A stretch of 64,000 nt of DNA from Octopus bimaculoides (lineage: Eukaryota), in NCBI RefSeq assembly GCF_001194135.2, contig NC_068990.1, positions 83,493,167 through 83,557,166 on the forward strand. Reading direction: 5' to 3'. Position numbers and translations under genes: made by a program. Positions 25,975-38,720 of the stretch are shown here, piece by piece; position 1 is the first letter of the stretch, and each line of letters opens with the position of its first letter. The notes beneath the pieces are model-generated. The model was not told the origin of the DNA. It was given only the letters and a program-made list of their open reading frames with translations, and did no database searches.

Positions 25975-26192
25975 TTCCATCACTACTTGACAACCGTAGC
26001 TGGTTTGTTTACATCTCCGTAACTTAGCGGTTTGGCAAATGTGAACAATGTAATAAGTACCAGGCTTTAAAAAAAAAACCCAAAAAAACAACAAAAAATG
26101 TACTGGGTCGAACCTTTCGACTAAAATTCTTCAAAGCAGTACCCCAGCATGGCCGCAGTCTAATGACTGAAACAAGTAAAAGAATAAAAGAA
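25975..26192 (+). mobile_element. SINE family 2, 3' half
   Basis: CTTGACAACCG..GTTTAC..CCGTAACTTAGCGG..CCAGCATGGCCGCAGTCTAATGACTGAAACAAGTAAAAG. Confidence 0.85.
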
Positions 26193-26244
26193 CTTCGCCA
26201 ACAAGAACACCTCACCGTGACCAACACTAACAGCAACACAACCA

Positions 26245-26612
26245 TCGCCTGACAGGTCGCTCGACCTGTTAGAAATAGCAAACACATACCCCTCAGAACT
26301 TCCTCTATCGTCTAGAAACGCAGAAACGAAAAAGGAAACAAAATAAGGTCACATTGAATAATAGTTTCTAGTTTAAGTACAGGCTCAGTAATTTTTGAGG
26401 GGAGGGGGTTAATAAAGTACATGGACACCTGTACTTCACTGGTAGTTAATTTGTCTTTTCTTCCACCGGGTTCAAAAAAATAAAAAAGCCCTAGATACGC
26501 AGTGTTCGAAAGAAGTCAAAAACAGAAATAAACTGTGATGGATCGCGGCTTAAATGTCTTTAACTCGAGGTCTGGTAAATGGGGACTTACCTGAGGCTAA
26601 ACAACAACAAGA
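26245..26612 (+). repeat. Interspersed repeat (GACC.G.TAGAAATAGC ... GG.TAAACAA family)
   Basis: Shares motifs with 20755-20815 and 31328-31540. Confidence 0.55.
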
Positions 26613-27280
26613 ATAACTCAAGGACAACTGTTAAACAGCCCACCACGACCACCACTCTCGATGCTAAGAGACAGAGTTAGCTGCTGCTATACAGTACGAA
26701 TTACTGTGTTGTACTTTATACATTTCACTCATCTTACGACTGTTGCAGTAATTTCAACAACCCATTTTTACACCAATCAGCTAACCGTACACATACACAC
26801 ATACACACACACACACGCCGTACATAAGTATACATACGTTCACAGACAAAGCATATGCAAATGTTCATACATGTATGTATTCACACTCACAGGCACACAC
26901 ACACTGACACAGAGGCATATAGACACACTCCTGTTATGTCAACTCTTTCGTCACCGCCACCATTCGGCAGTTAGTCTGACTTCACAATACCCACTTTATG
27001 ACATAATAGTTACCGCCACCGGGATTATATCATGAATTCAGTGAGGAGTGAGGGGGTGGTGTTATAAGTTATGAAAAAGTGAAGAAGGAGGAGGAGAAGA
27101 GAGAGGGAGGAAAAAAAAGGAAGAGAAAGACCGAGGGAACGAAAGAAAAAAATGGGGAGGAAATGAAGGGGTGATATATAGAGAGAAAGAGACTACGAGA
27201 AGTGGAGAAAAAATAGAGAAATAGAAAGAGATAAGGCTACGGATATCTACATACATTTATATAGGCATAAAATCATTCAT

Positions 27281-27410
27281 ATTCTCTCTCTCTCTCCCTC
27301 ATTCTCTCTCTCTCTCCCTCATTCTCTCTCTCTCTCCATCATTCTCTCTCTCTCTCCCACATTCTCTCTCTCTCTCTCCCCCATTCTCTCTCTCTCTCTC
27401 TCTCTCCCTC
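27281..27410. repeat. 20-bp minisatellite (CATTCTCTCTCTCTCTCCCN) x ~6
   Basis: Directly visible tandem units. Confidence 0.9.
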
Positions 27411-27759
27411 TCTCACGCACAAACACACACACACATACATATACATATATGGGAATGTGTACCATATAAGATACACTGACGCCAGGTAAATATGTCGCGT
27501 GTATCGCAGGCAATGGATTAAGCAAACTCGCTTGCATTGCATACTCTTAACCGCCATTTCGATTGATATATTCCTGGTGCATTAAAAGTGTTTTGTTTCA
27601 ATGCAGTAATGTGCTATAAAATATATCTATAGATTTTAGGCAGCAATAAAGATCTAGTCTTTGTATAGTATTAGGTTTGTGTGGACAGAAAAAACAAAGA
27701 AAGATTTATGCAAGCTGTTCTTAATAAGAATTAGGAGACAATACAAAAAGACTTCCGGA

Positions 27760-27845
27760 GAACAAGCAAATTGAAACAAGCCGGCGCTCGGGAAGAATAG
27801 CAAGGTCTTCGACGTTTTGAGCCTACGTTCTTCGGGAGAAAGGAA
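27760..27845 (-). mobile_element. Penelope-like terminal-repeat remnant with decayed minimal hammerhead motif
   Basis: The minus strand reads CCCGAAGAACGTAGGCTCAAAACGTCGAAGAC, a few substitutions from CTGAAGAGCGTAGGCTCGAAACGTC. Confidence 0.45.
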
Positions 27846-27931
27846 TGAGAGGGAGAAAAATGGAGGGAGAACGAAAAAAAAAATGGAGGGAGAAAAAATG
27901 TGTAGGGATTAGCGGTTTAACACACACACAC

Positions 27932-27969
<38 letters not shown>

Positions 27970-28251
27970 ATTTAAAATATTGATTTTATCAAGTGGCCAG
28001 CATGGGAATAAAAACCATCAAAGGTAATAATTATTTAAAATTATAATACGGTTTAGAGTCAGAATTTGACTGCTATTTTTCAGCGTGGCGGTATCTCTTA
28101 GATACCCTGTATTATAATTTTATATATATATATATTAATATATATATATATATATATATGTACAGTCACACACACAGAGGTGAGCACATAAGTGCAATAC
28201 ACACACACACGCACACACACACACACACACGCACACATACATATATATATA

Positions 28252-28462
28252 CAGAGTGCAGCAGAAATACCTCCCACATTTTAAACTTTCACCTATGTGT
28301 TAATAATGAACTTATGCAAGTGCCAATGATGTTTTCATTTAGCTAATGAACAAAAGCTGTAACCTTTTGTTTAAACAAGAGTAAAATGAATGTTTCATAA
28401 ATCCTGTTTCTTTTTATTTTTGTCAACCTTTCAAATGTGGGAGGTATTTCTGCCTCACGCTG
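28252..28462. mobile_element. Tc1/mariner-type MITE, 211 bp
   Basis: 30-bp TIRs (CAGAGTGCAGCAGAAATACCTCCCACATTT versus CAGCGTGAGGCAGAAATACCTCCCACATTT; 3 mismatches) flanked by TA on both sides. Confidence 0.88.
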
Positions 28463-28633
28463 TATATATATATAAAGATCATGTTCAGTTAAATGAAGGA
28501 ACGAAAATGAAGAGTGAAGATAATTATTTATTATTTTTAAAAAATGTTAATCTATACTTCTTACAGCCGTTTCCATTAGTACTCAATAGGTAAATTATAA
28601 ATTTATGCTTTAAATTTGCATTTATATGTTATG

Positions 28634-28826
28634 AGCTTAGCGGTATTTTGTCTGCCGATACGTTCTGAGTTCAAATTCCACCGAGGTCGATTTTGCCTTT
28701 CATCGTTTCGGGATCGATCAAATAAAGTACCAGTTTCGCAGTAGGGTCGATGTAATCTACTTAATCTCTTTTTCTGTCCTTCTTTGCCCCCTCTATGTTT
28801 AGCCCTGTGGGCAATAAAGAAATAAA
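28634..28826 (+). mobile_element. SINE family 1, 5'-truncated tail-A copy
   Basis: B-box region, central domain and tail A. Confidence 0.85.
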
Positions 28827-29394
28827 TATATATATTAATCTAAGTGTACAGTATTACATATCCATTACGGCCGATATACTTACATACAGATGTGTGTGTA
28901 AGTTTCAAAGGTCCACCTTAGCGATTGTATAAACCCAGATCGCTAAAATAGGTATTCAAGGGAAATGAGTTGTAGAATTATTCAGATGGACTAGAACTCT
29001 TATAGTTGGTGTTCTATTACTGCAGTAAAAGAGTGTATATATAACCACACGCGCACGCAAGCACACGCATGCACGTACTCGCAGACATATGCATATAAAA
29101 GTGGCTACGAACTTGCGCAAAACGTAACAGTAGAACTGAGCTAAGAGACCAAATAGTTTACCACACAACCACGGCAGCATGTTGTATATGTGTGTGGGTG
29201 GGTGGGGGATCGCTGGTGCGTGTATTTTAATCTCTTTCAAATTGGCATGGCTTAGCTTGGTAAAGTGTGTAACCATGTCCCAAATCCGACCAACGACCAA
29301 TGGCTGTTTCACAGCGAGAAATGGTGACGGATGTCTTCGTACTTCTAATTCCTCATTCAGAAACTTTTTCCCTTAATCTCTTTATCATATATTC

Positions 29395-29552
29395 TTTACT
29401 CTTTTACTTGTTTCAGTCATTTGACTGCGGCCATGCTGGAGCACCGCCTTTAGTCGAGCAAATCGACCCCAGGACTTATTCCTTGAAAGCCTAGTACTTA
29501 TTCTATCGGTCGCTTTTTGCCGAACCGCTAGGTTACGGGGTCGCAAACACAT
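29395..29552 (-). mobile_element. SINE family 2, 3' part
   Basis: CTTTTACTTGTTTCAGTCATTTGACTGCGGCCATGCTGGAGCACCGCC.. Confidence 0.85.
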
Positions 29553-30117
29553 TTACAACTGTTCTCAGAGGTTGTCTGTTTCCAAACGTGTACACGTATG
29601 CACCGCCACCTGCACTGTTGTCACAAGTACAGCACAACACTCTACGACTGACTTGAGTGTGAGTATGAATGCAACTGTGCGAACCACTCTACAAAGAAAA
29701 CAAAAAGGCGGTAAAACTGTGGTTTCTAAAATAAGACTTAGAAAATATATTTAATTTCCTGCCTTAGTCGTACGAGTACGTTCGAGAATTAATGGTGCTT
29801 GTGTGCGTACGTGCGTGCACGTGTGTGTGCGTGTGCGTACGTGCATGTGTGTGTGTGTGTGTGTGTGCGTGTGTGCTTATGTAAGAGAGATTGAGTCAGA
29901 AATGGAAAGAGGTAAAATGAATTTGCTAGTATAAGGGCGTGTGTATCTTTAAAGGCTTGTGTATTAGTCTGTGTGTGTGTGTGTGTGTGTGTGTGTATGA
30001 AGAAAGTGGTAGCAACGCAATGTGCAATTTTGTATGTCAATGGTGTATATGAATGACAATGAATTTTTGCCTGTATGTATGTACGTACGTACGTACGTAT
30101 GTATGTATGTATGTATT

Positions 30118-30194
<77 letters not shown>

Positions 30195-30409
30195 GTACAT
30201 GTGTGTGTGTGTGTGTGTAAGTGACTACATTTATGTATGTCGTTGTGTAGATGTGAGTGTATGCGTGTAAAGGAAGTGGCGTTGTCGGTGTGCTGTAGTA
30301 ATGTGTCTATAATAAGACTGTTACTAACATAGTCAGACATTGTTGTTCGGCGTAGATTACGTAACAGTAATGGAAGGCACAGACTGTTTCACTGAATAAC
30401 TTTACACCA

Positions 30410-30484
30410 ACCAGAACCATCATCATCACTTCCGCCGCCGCCGCCGCCACCGCCTCCGATCTAGCGTTACTACCGTCGTCGTCG

Positions 30485-30523
<39 letters not shown>

Positions 30524-31270
30524 GTAGCAGGTGCAGGAGCAACAGCAGCAGTTCCAGAGACTATATTCGATATCTCATTTACTAACTCCACCGCCGCCGC
30601 CGCCACCAGTACCACTACTATGACNNNNNNNNNNNNNNNNNNNNNNNNNNNNNNNNNNNNNNNNNNNNNNNNNNNNNNNNNNNNNNNNNNNNNNNNNNNN
30701 NNNNNNNNNNNNNNNNNNNNNNNNNNNNNNNNNNNNNNNNNNNNNNNNNNNNNNNNNNNNNNNNNNNNNNNNNNNNNNNNNNNNNNNNNNNNNNNNNNNN
30801 NNNNNNNNNNNNNNNNNNNNNNNNNNNNNNNNNNNNNNNNNNNNNNNNNNNNCGGCAACAGTAGCAGCAGCAGCAGCAGTTTTAGGGAATATATATCCGA
30901 TCCCTCTTTTACTAACTCCATCACCACCACCACCATTACTATCGTCACCTCCCCCGCCATCGCCATCGCCACCGCCAATGACGCAACTAATTACTGTTGC
31001 CTCGCCCCCTACACACACACACACACACACACATCTCCAATGTTGCCGTCTCGCCACACCAGCAGAACCGCCCGCACCATCAACCTCACCACTATTACTG
31101 CTGACGCCTCCACCACCAACCACCACCACCACCGCCGCTGACACCGTTATGGTAACACTGCAACCTACACCACCGCAACTACAACCCTTACAACAACAAT
31201 GACCACTATGACTACTTCTACCACAACCATCAAATCTTACCCCTGCTACGACGACACATCACCATCACCT
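30410..31270. repeat. Trinucleotide mosaic (CAT/GCC/CAG/ACC) with internal duplication
   Basis: Triplet runs; the segment at ~30540-30620 is repeated in diverged form at ~30855-30950. Confidence 0.8.
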
Positions 31271-31543
31271 TAACCATCAGAGTTACAACTTAGAAACCTA
31301 CCACGAGCAACGAAGACGCCTCCACGTAGTCGCTTGACCTGCTAGAAATAGCAGGCAAAACAGTGCCGTCCCTCCCTACAAGCCCTAAAAAGAAAAAAAA
31401 AGAATAAAAAGAAAACAAAAATCATGTTCGATAACGGGATCCCAGCACATCTGTAAAAGACGTGACTAATAATAGCTTGGTAGGATTTCATCAAAGGCCT
31501 GCTTAATCAAGGATGACCTGGGATTAAACAATTACAACAGCAA

Positions 31544-31948
31544 GGCGGCGAATTGGCAGAAACGTTAATCTAATCGACTGGCCCCATCCCCACAAAATTT
31601 CGGACCTTGTGCCTAGAATAGAATAAAAATAAGTGTTTTCAGTTAAAGCAGAGAGCTGGCAGAAACGTTAGCAGGCCGGGCGAAATGCTTAGCGGTATTT
31701 CGTCTGCCGCTACGTTCTGAGTTCAAATTCCGCCGAGGTAGACTTTGCCTTTCATCCTTTCGGGGTCGATAAATCAAGTAGCAGTTACGCACTGGGGTCG
31801 ATGTAATCGACTTAATCCGATTGTCTGTCATTGTTTGTCCCCTCTATGTTTAGCCCCTTGTGGGCAATAAAGAAATAAGAATCGTTAGCACACCGGGCGA
31901 AATGCTTAGCGGCATTTCGTCTGCCGTTACGTTCTGAGTTCAAATTTC
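31544..31948 (+). mobile_element. SINE family 1 cluster: internally deleted head+tail-B copy, then a dimer
   Basis: 31544-31630 joins the head directly to tail B; 31652-31948 is a tail-A unit followed by GAATCGTTAGC. Confidence 0.85.
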
Positions 31949-32285
31949 TATTTACTACCTAAAGAAGTCTTCAAGGCATTATCTTTTTGTTTTTATTATG
32001 TGTGAAACATCTTAACTTTCTTAACACACGCACGTGCGCGCGCACACACACACACACACTCACACAGTGTTAGAATTATTAAATTATTTTTTAAATAATT
32101 TCTAAAAAACTGTGAACATTATCTGTTGTAGAATTTACTGCGTTGAGTAAACCAGATAGATATGTTCATCATATTAAAACTGACATTCTAGCCTGAAATT
32201 CGTTTCAGGCTGGGCTGTCCTCAATAGTGTGAATACTCAGCGCAATTCAGAGTGGGCAGAACATTTTTGACATTATAAGCACCCA

Positions 32286-32322
<37 letters not shown>

Positions 32323-32899
32323 TACCATTCATGCCCATATTATAGCGCTAACATGCTATTTCAAAGATAGCGCTTTGGTCGCGACACATGAATTATATAT
32401 TGCAATTTTAATACATAATACATATTACATTATATTATATTATATCATATTATATTATATTATATTATATTATATTAGTAGTTGTGTACTTATTCATTTA
32501 TTGACTTGTTTTATTCACTGGAGTGTGTCTTTGTTGCAGCAACTACTCCCGGAGTTTAGTCGATTATATCGATTCCTGAATTTTCTTGAGACTGGTACTA
32601 CATTTATTGATGTGCATCGATCTATATTTTATACATAGTTTATCGATCTGCGTGTGTCGAATCATTAAATTCCGCTTTTTGACATAACATCGCCAGCACG
32701 TATTGAGACATCGGTTTTTTCGTGAAATCATGACATTCAACACAAGTACACATACACGCAAGCATGTACGCGCATGCGCACATACATATTGACAGGGTCT
32801 TGCACACAAACCCAACGTTAGGACGGGTTATAAACACACGCATATATATGTATAGATATATGCATACATCAATATATGAATGCATATATGCATACATAC

Positions 32900-33290
32900 A
32901 TACATAAGTCTGAAAAACTTTCCGGAAGTTTATCATTTAAGTATACATGCGCATGTCTAGACAGGCAGGTGCATGCATGAGAAGACATACGTAAAGCAAA
33001 ACATACAAAGCTGCATATATACACACATATATAAAAAAAATTCCGTTGACGTTGAAATTCCAATGAAGGAACCTTGGATCTAGTTTAGAAACCGGCTCTT
33101 TCTCTAATGGCAAGAAATCTTGAAATAAAACCGAATAATGATATGCATACATACATACATACATACATACATACATACATACATACATACAATCCATCGC
33201 TGGAGCTGTAAAAATCTGTAAAACTTCCCAGAAGTTTATCATTTGAATATATATGAAATCTTGAAATAAAACTGCTCAATGACACACACA
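32900..33290 (-). repeat. (GTAT)n-associated interspersed repeat
   Basis: The reverse complement matches 25470-25755 (..AGAGAAAGA.CCGGTTTCTAA.CTAGATCCAAGG.TCCTTCATTGGAATTTCA..). Confidence 0.8.
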
Positions 33291-33891
33291 CATACATACA
33301 TACATACATACATACACACATACATACATACATACATACATACACACATACACAGTCTAGACATGACCATATAAACAAGCAGCGAATTGGCAGAGTCATT
33401 AGGGAGTCGCGTGTGGTAAGTTCAAATCACGCTAATGTCAAATTTACGCACTGAGGTCGATGTAATCGACTTAATCCCTTTGTCTGTCTTTCTATGTCCC
33501 CTCTATGTTTAGCCCCTTGTGGGCAATAAACAAATAGCAAATATATATATCATTAGCGATTGAATATTTTCTATTTATAACACATAACACTTGAATTCTA
33601 TGCTTCTGTTGAATTTTTGTTAATATTTTAACTTGTATATCTATTGCTACGCTCCTATCTTTGCTTATCCTCCGAACAATTGAGAAACATAAAATATTTT
33701 AAATATTCAGTCTAGAGATTCAATCAATATCTGTTTTCTCAAAAACAAATTTACACCCGACAATGTGTATTGAGTCCCTTTTCTTAGTTTGTATAAGCAT
33801 TCACTAATTCACACAGCCTCATTTATATACAAAACATGCATACATACATACATACATACTTACATACATACAATCACAATATATTCTTTTG

Positions 33892-34090
33892 TACTTTTAC
33901 TTGTTTCAGTCATTTGACTTTGGCCATGCTGCAGCACCGCCTTTAGTCGAGCAAATTGACCCCAGGACTTATTCTTTGTAAGCCTAGTACTTATTCTATC
34001 AGTTTCTTTTGCCGAACTGCTAGGTTACGGGGCCGTAAACACACCAGGATCGGTTGTGAAGTGATGTTGGGGGGGACAAACACAAACACA

Positions 34091-34132
<42 letters not shown>

Positions 34133-34147
34133 TACATATATACATAC
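33892..34147 (-). mobile_element. SINE family 2, 3' half running into a gap at its microsatellite
   Basis: Tail and conserved middle, then (CA)n/(TACA)n, then Ns. Confidence 0.88.
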
Positions 34148-34497
34148 NNNNNNNNNNNNNNNNNNNNNNNNNNNNNNNNNNNNNNNNNNNNNNNNNNNNN
34201 NNNNNNNNNNNNNNNNNNNNNNNNNNNNNNNNNNNNNNNNNNNNNNNNNNNNNNNNNNNNNNNNNNNNNNNNNNNNNNNNNNNNNNNNNNNNNNNNNNNN
34301 NNNNNNNNNNNNNNNNNNNNNNNNNNNNNNNNNNNNNNNNNNNNNNNNNNNNNNNNNNNNNNNNNNNNNNNNNNNNNNNNNNNNNNNNNNNNNNNNNNNN
34401 NNNNNNNNNNNNNNNNNNNNNNNNNNNNNNNNNNNNNNNNNNNNNNNNNNNNNNNNNNNNNNNNNNNNNNNNNNNNNNNNNNNNNNNNNNNNNNNNN

Positions 34498-34551
<54 letters not shown>

Positions 34552-35214
34552 GCATATACATGTATGTTTGTATGTATATATGTGCGTGTGTATGTATATA
34601 TGTATGTATGTGTGTGTGTAAGTATATGCATATCTATATATGAAAATGATGCAGGCAGGAAAGTTATTACATGTGAAAATCTATATCACCAGATTTGCAT
34701 GTGTTTACACGAGGAGCTTGTAAGTATATATATGTGTATGTATGTATGTATGTATGCATGCATGTATGTATGTATGTATATATGTATGTATGTACACCAT
34801 TGTATGCATATTTGTATGCAATCATGTATGTGTGTTTTTTTTCTTCTTTCCTATTATCTCTGAATGAATGTACGTTTGTTTGTACCTTTGCGAATGCCTG
34901 GTGGGAATATTTTTCCCTTTAGTGTAGCAAAACGCGATATAAACACCTGATATTAATATTGCGTTTGTGTGGTTCTAAGGTAGGTTGATAATTGAAATAA
35001 ATACGAAATTAGAACTGAACAGTATATGAAACACCACCACCACCACCACCACCACCCCTGCAACAACCACAATAACAATTATTACAGCCTCTACTACACG
35101 AAGAACAATAGCAACTATATGAACAATAGGAAGTCACAAGACAATAGTAATAATACTAATAATAATGGTAATAACAACAACGATGATGATGATGATATAT
35201 AAGGATAATAATAA

Positions 35215-35912
35215 GATCTATCCAATATACTATCCTTTGTATATGGATGATATCGAATTGTATGATACAAATGATAAACAACTGGAAAACACTAATGTCA
35301 TGCTAGATAAAGAAGGTGAAATAAGAGGCTTAGATCAAATACAGACCAACAAACACTTATGAATTAATGAACTATGCAGTGTACAACATATATAGTTGAA
35401 AGAAAAGTTTAGTAAGGCATATTAAAAATGCATCAGATTAATACCTAAGACGGAGCTAAATGATAAAATGAAGTAAGAGGCGTTGCTACTTACTGTAGCT
35501 CTCTCAGTAGTAAGAGACAGTGTTGACGTACAGAAGGTTTTTGAGAATGGTAACGAAACTATATTCTGGAATATGCTCATACAGAGAGATCAAGGCTAAC
35601 CGACCAGATATTGTTATCAAGAATCGCATGAAACAGAAATGTCTCCCGATCAACATATCACCTCCAACTGATAAGAAAATATACTTTAAAGAGATGAAGG
35701 AATCATTCAAATATAAAGGTATGAAAATGGAGATTATTTGAATGTAGGACCTGAAAATAAAAAAGTATCGCTATATTAACAGGTGCTTTTGGAAAGGTAG
35801 AAGAAAATACGCTGACAAATTCATAGCCTAAATCCCAAGACTTATAAATATGCATACGTACACAAAATAGCGATGCTAGCCACAACATTCATATTGCGTA
35901 ACGTACTTTCAA
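35215..35912 (+). pseudogene. R4/Dong-clade non-LTR retrotransposon, decayed and internally deleted (RT core, thumb, RLE end)
   Basis: LYMDDIELY (RT motif), ..IPKTELNDK.. (thumb), ANRPDIVIKN (RLE PD motif), LTGAFG and KIAMLATTFILRNVLSI (C-terminus); multiple stops and frameshifts. Confidence 0.8.
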
Positions 35913-36123
35913 TACTGTTATGGGAGAATCCTGAACACCCCTACGTGGTTGAAGGTGGACAAACCGATTACAGTAAATAAGAACTGAGTGAACTGTAAGC
36001 GGGGTGGGCGGTTGTTGACGGTGTTAGTTCGACGTGTGCTGGTTTACTGCGTTAGTTCGACGGTGTTGGTTTATCACGTTAGTTCGACGTGTGCATTTAA
36101 CGCAAGTCTTGCATTTGTATTAT

Positions 36124-36216
36124 GGTTCCCTGACGATGAATTTATGTGCATACTGCAGCACCTCTCACTTCGTTGGAGTAGAGTGCACGTAATTTTTGAA
36201 ACATATGTAAGAATTA
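36124..36216 (+). ncRNA. Type I hammerhead-ribozyme-like motif, probably a Penelope terminal repeat
   Basis: CTGACGA (36130-36136), stem II with 12 of 14 positions pairing, GAAA (36198-36201), palindromic CATATG stem III, GTA cleavage triplet and an imperfect stem I. Confidence 0.5.
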
Positions 36217-36821
36217 AAGGAACTTATTGATTATATGCGTTTTGCTCCATACATGGTATTTCTACCCATTAACCGGGTATGATATCCCAGTTTTTGTGTG
36301 ATCTTTGTTACGCTGGTAACTATTAGCATATTTGCCTTATTGAAGTTTTTCAACCAAGATAATATTAATATATACATAAATCAAAATACATACATACATA
36401 CATACATATGTGTATACGCACACACATGCGCACAAACAAACAAACAGAACGCAGCTCTGATAACGGATACAGTCAACGACTACTGAAAAGGTTGTAAGAC
36501 GCAACGGAAAATTTAGAAGAAATATACAAATGAGTGGAAATCGAACCGGTGAGTGTGTTAAGTAATAAAGCACTAAAAGAGAATGACCCTCCCCAGACAC
36601 AATAATATATATATATATATATANNNNNNNNNNNNNNNNNNNNNNNNNNNNNNNNNNNNNNNNNNNNNNNNNNNNNNNNNNNNNNNNNNNNNNNNNNNNN
36701 NNNNNNNNNNNNNNNNNNNNNNNNNNNNNNNNNNNNNNNNNNNNNNNNNNNNNNNNNNNNNNNNNNNNNNNNNNNNNNNNNNNNNNNNNNNNNNNNNNNN
36801 NNNNNNNNNNNNNNNNNNNNN

Positions 36822-36877
<56 letters not shown>

Positions 36878-37706
36878 TATGCGTATACACACACACACAT
36901 ATATATATCTATTATATTATGTATATATGGGTAAATACATACACATACACTTACACACGCGCGCGCATACACACACATACATACGTGCGTGCGCGTGTGT
37001 GCGTGTGTGTGCGTGCGCGTGTGTGCGTGTGTGTGCGTGCGCGTGTGTGCGTGTGTGTGCGCGCGCGTACGTATACACATGCATGCATGAATATATGTAT
37101 ACGCGCATGCATACATACATTCTCTTGTTGATGACTGACAGCGGTACCCAGCATGCACCTCGCCGACTCGGTTCACCATCATCATCGCCGTGAGAAGTAA
37201 CACGATAGTTTTGCAATGCTTGAAGGCGTTAGCACTGGAAGCAGGTAAAGTTTGATGTATTCTCCTGATGTCACTTCTGACACATCGCATTAGTCAGAAT
37301 CTCATCTCAGATGCAGCACTATTTATATTCCAGACAGAGTCATTTTGTTTCGTTTATTCATTCATTAGCTTTCAACCCATTCATCTTCTTGCCAGCAGGA
37401 TTGTTTTAGTTATGTCCCTTTATTTTCTGAATTCAGACCTCACTGTACAGTTTTATTTTTATTTTTGTTTTTTTAATTTTCTTCATTTCTGAAAGGTTGA
37501 TAAAATACGTCTCCAAATATAGACGTCAATTCGGTCGTCTCTAGTCTCACCTATCACCGAAGCCATAACAACAGCAACAACAATAAAGAGGAATAGCTCC
37601 GGGCTAAATAACAACATGGACATACACTAAGAAGCTCTCTCCACAAAGCAAACTTAATCCAACAACATCGGTGCAATGGAAGGAAAACTTCGCGATACAA
37701 GTGTAT

Positions 37707-38246
37707 CGTCTGCTCTAATGCTGTGTTCGCATCCAATCGGTCTTCTCTCTCTTTTTCTTAGTACATACATTCTGTCTGTGTCACTTTTTGGGTGGAGTAT
37801 CCCATATCTAGTCAGCAACTTCCCAGTCTTTCTGTCTAAGCTGTTTAGTTCGTCTACTATCCATGCGATTACTCCTGCTCCATATCTAAGGAGTGAAACC
37901 GCCCAGGTGTTGCTAGCTTCAATCTTATTCCATCCGTTTAATTTCGACTTAACGATCAGTCTCAGTCTGTGCAAGTACTCTACCTTAAATTTTTCTGTCA
38001 TTTCTTTCTCCATCAATTTACCCATTTCCAATAGTACTAATAGCCCGTCTCTTCTATCTGCTTCATAACCTCCCCCGACGGTATCGCTAGCCTGTCCATA
38101 CATTTGATTTTGCCTCTCTTCACAACTAACACACCACACTATTTCCGTTCGAACTCCATTCTGATATCGGCACTGAAAGTGTACATTGTATCAACGAGGG
38201 AACTGACTTGGGATTCATCTTTACCATAATACGCCAACTTGTCGTC
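37707..38246 (-). pseudogene. R4/Dong-clade RT/thumb fragment (inverted part of a rearranged copy)
   Basis: DDKL..YGKDESQVSSLVDT.YTFSADIRMEF..*CGVLVVKRGK, then EYLHRLRLIVKSKLNGWNKIEASNTWAVSLLRYGAGV..LDRKT..LHPKSDTDRMYV. Confidence 0.9.
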
Positions 38247-38458
38247 GGAGCTCTGGAAACCGTGAGTAAAAATCTTGAGAAGTACTTGGAACAAATAGGG
38301 CTACAATAAGGGTGGAGAACTTGCAGACAGCACTGCTTGGAACCTCTCGAATACTCCGGATGGTGCTTGAAGAATATGGGGTGTTACCTTAGTTCACTGG
38401 TAGTGAACAGCTGACATCGTAGTACATCACCAGAGTTATAAGCTGTGCAGAGACACTA

Positions 38459-38521
<63 letters not shown>
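38241..38521 (+). mobile_element. R4/Dong-clade 3' end: RLE C-terminus, 3' UTR and (TAA)n tail
   Basis: VVGALETVSKNLEKYLEQIG..ALLGTSRILRMVLE, short UTR, (TAA)n at ~38458-38520. Confidence 0.88.
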
Positions 38522-38577
38522 TTTGCCCGGTTTGTTAACGATTCTACCAGCTAGCCGGCTTAATCTATTAGAATAAT

Positions 38578-38720
38578 CTTTTCCACCATAGACACAAATC
38601 CCGAAATTTTGTGCGAGGGGGGCAGTCGATTAGATCGACCCAGTACGCAACTGGTACTTAATTTGTCAACCCCGAAAGGATGAAAAGCAAAGTCGAAATC
38701 GGCGGAATTTTAATTAAGAA
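38578..38720 (-). mobile_element. SINE family 1, tail-B partial copy
   Basis: Reverse complement of tail B and central domain. Confidence 0.8.

Noticed and set aside
30307-31202. Ala/Asp/Thr-rich ORFs that look like low-complexity protein
   Set aside because: They derive from CAT/GCC/CAG/ACC runs spanning a gap and are open on both strands.
32188-32213. Hairpin AGCCTGAAA-TTCG-TTTCAGGCT (terminator- or Helitron-like)
   Set aside because: It is isolated, has no U-tract or correctly spaced CTRR end, and short palindromes are expected by chance.
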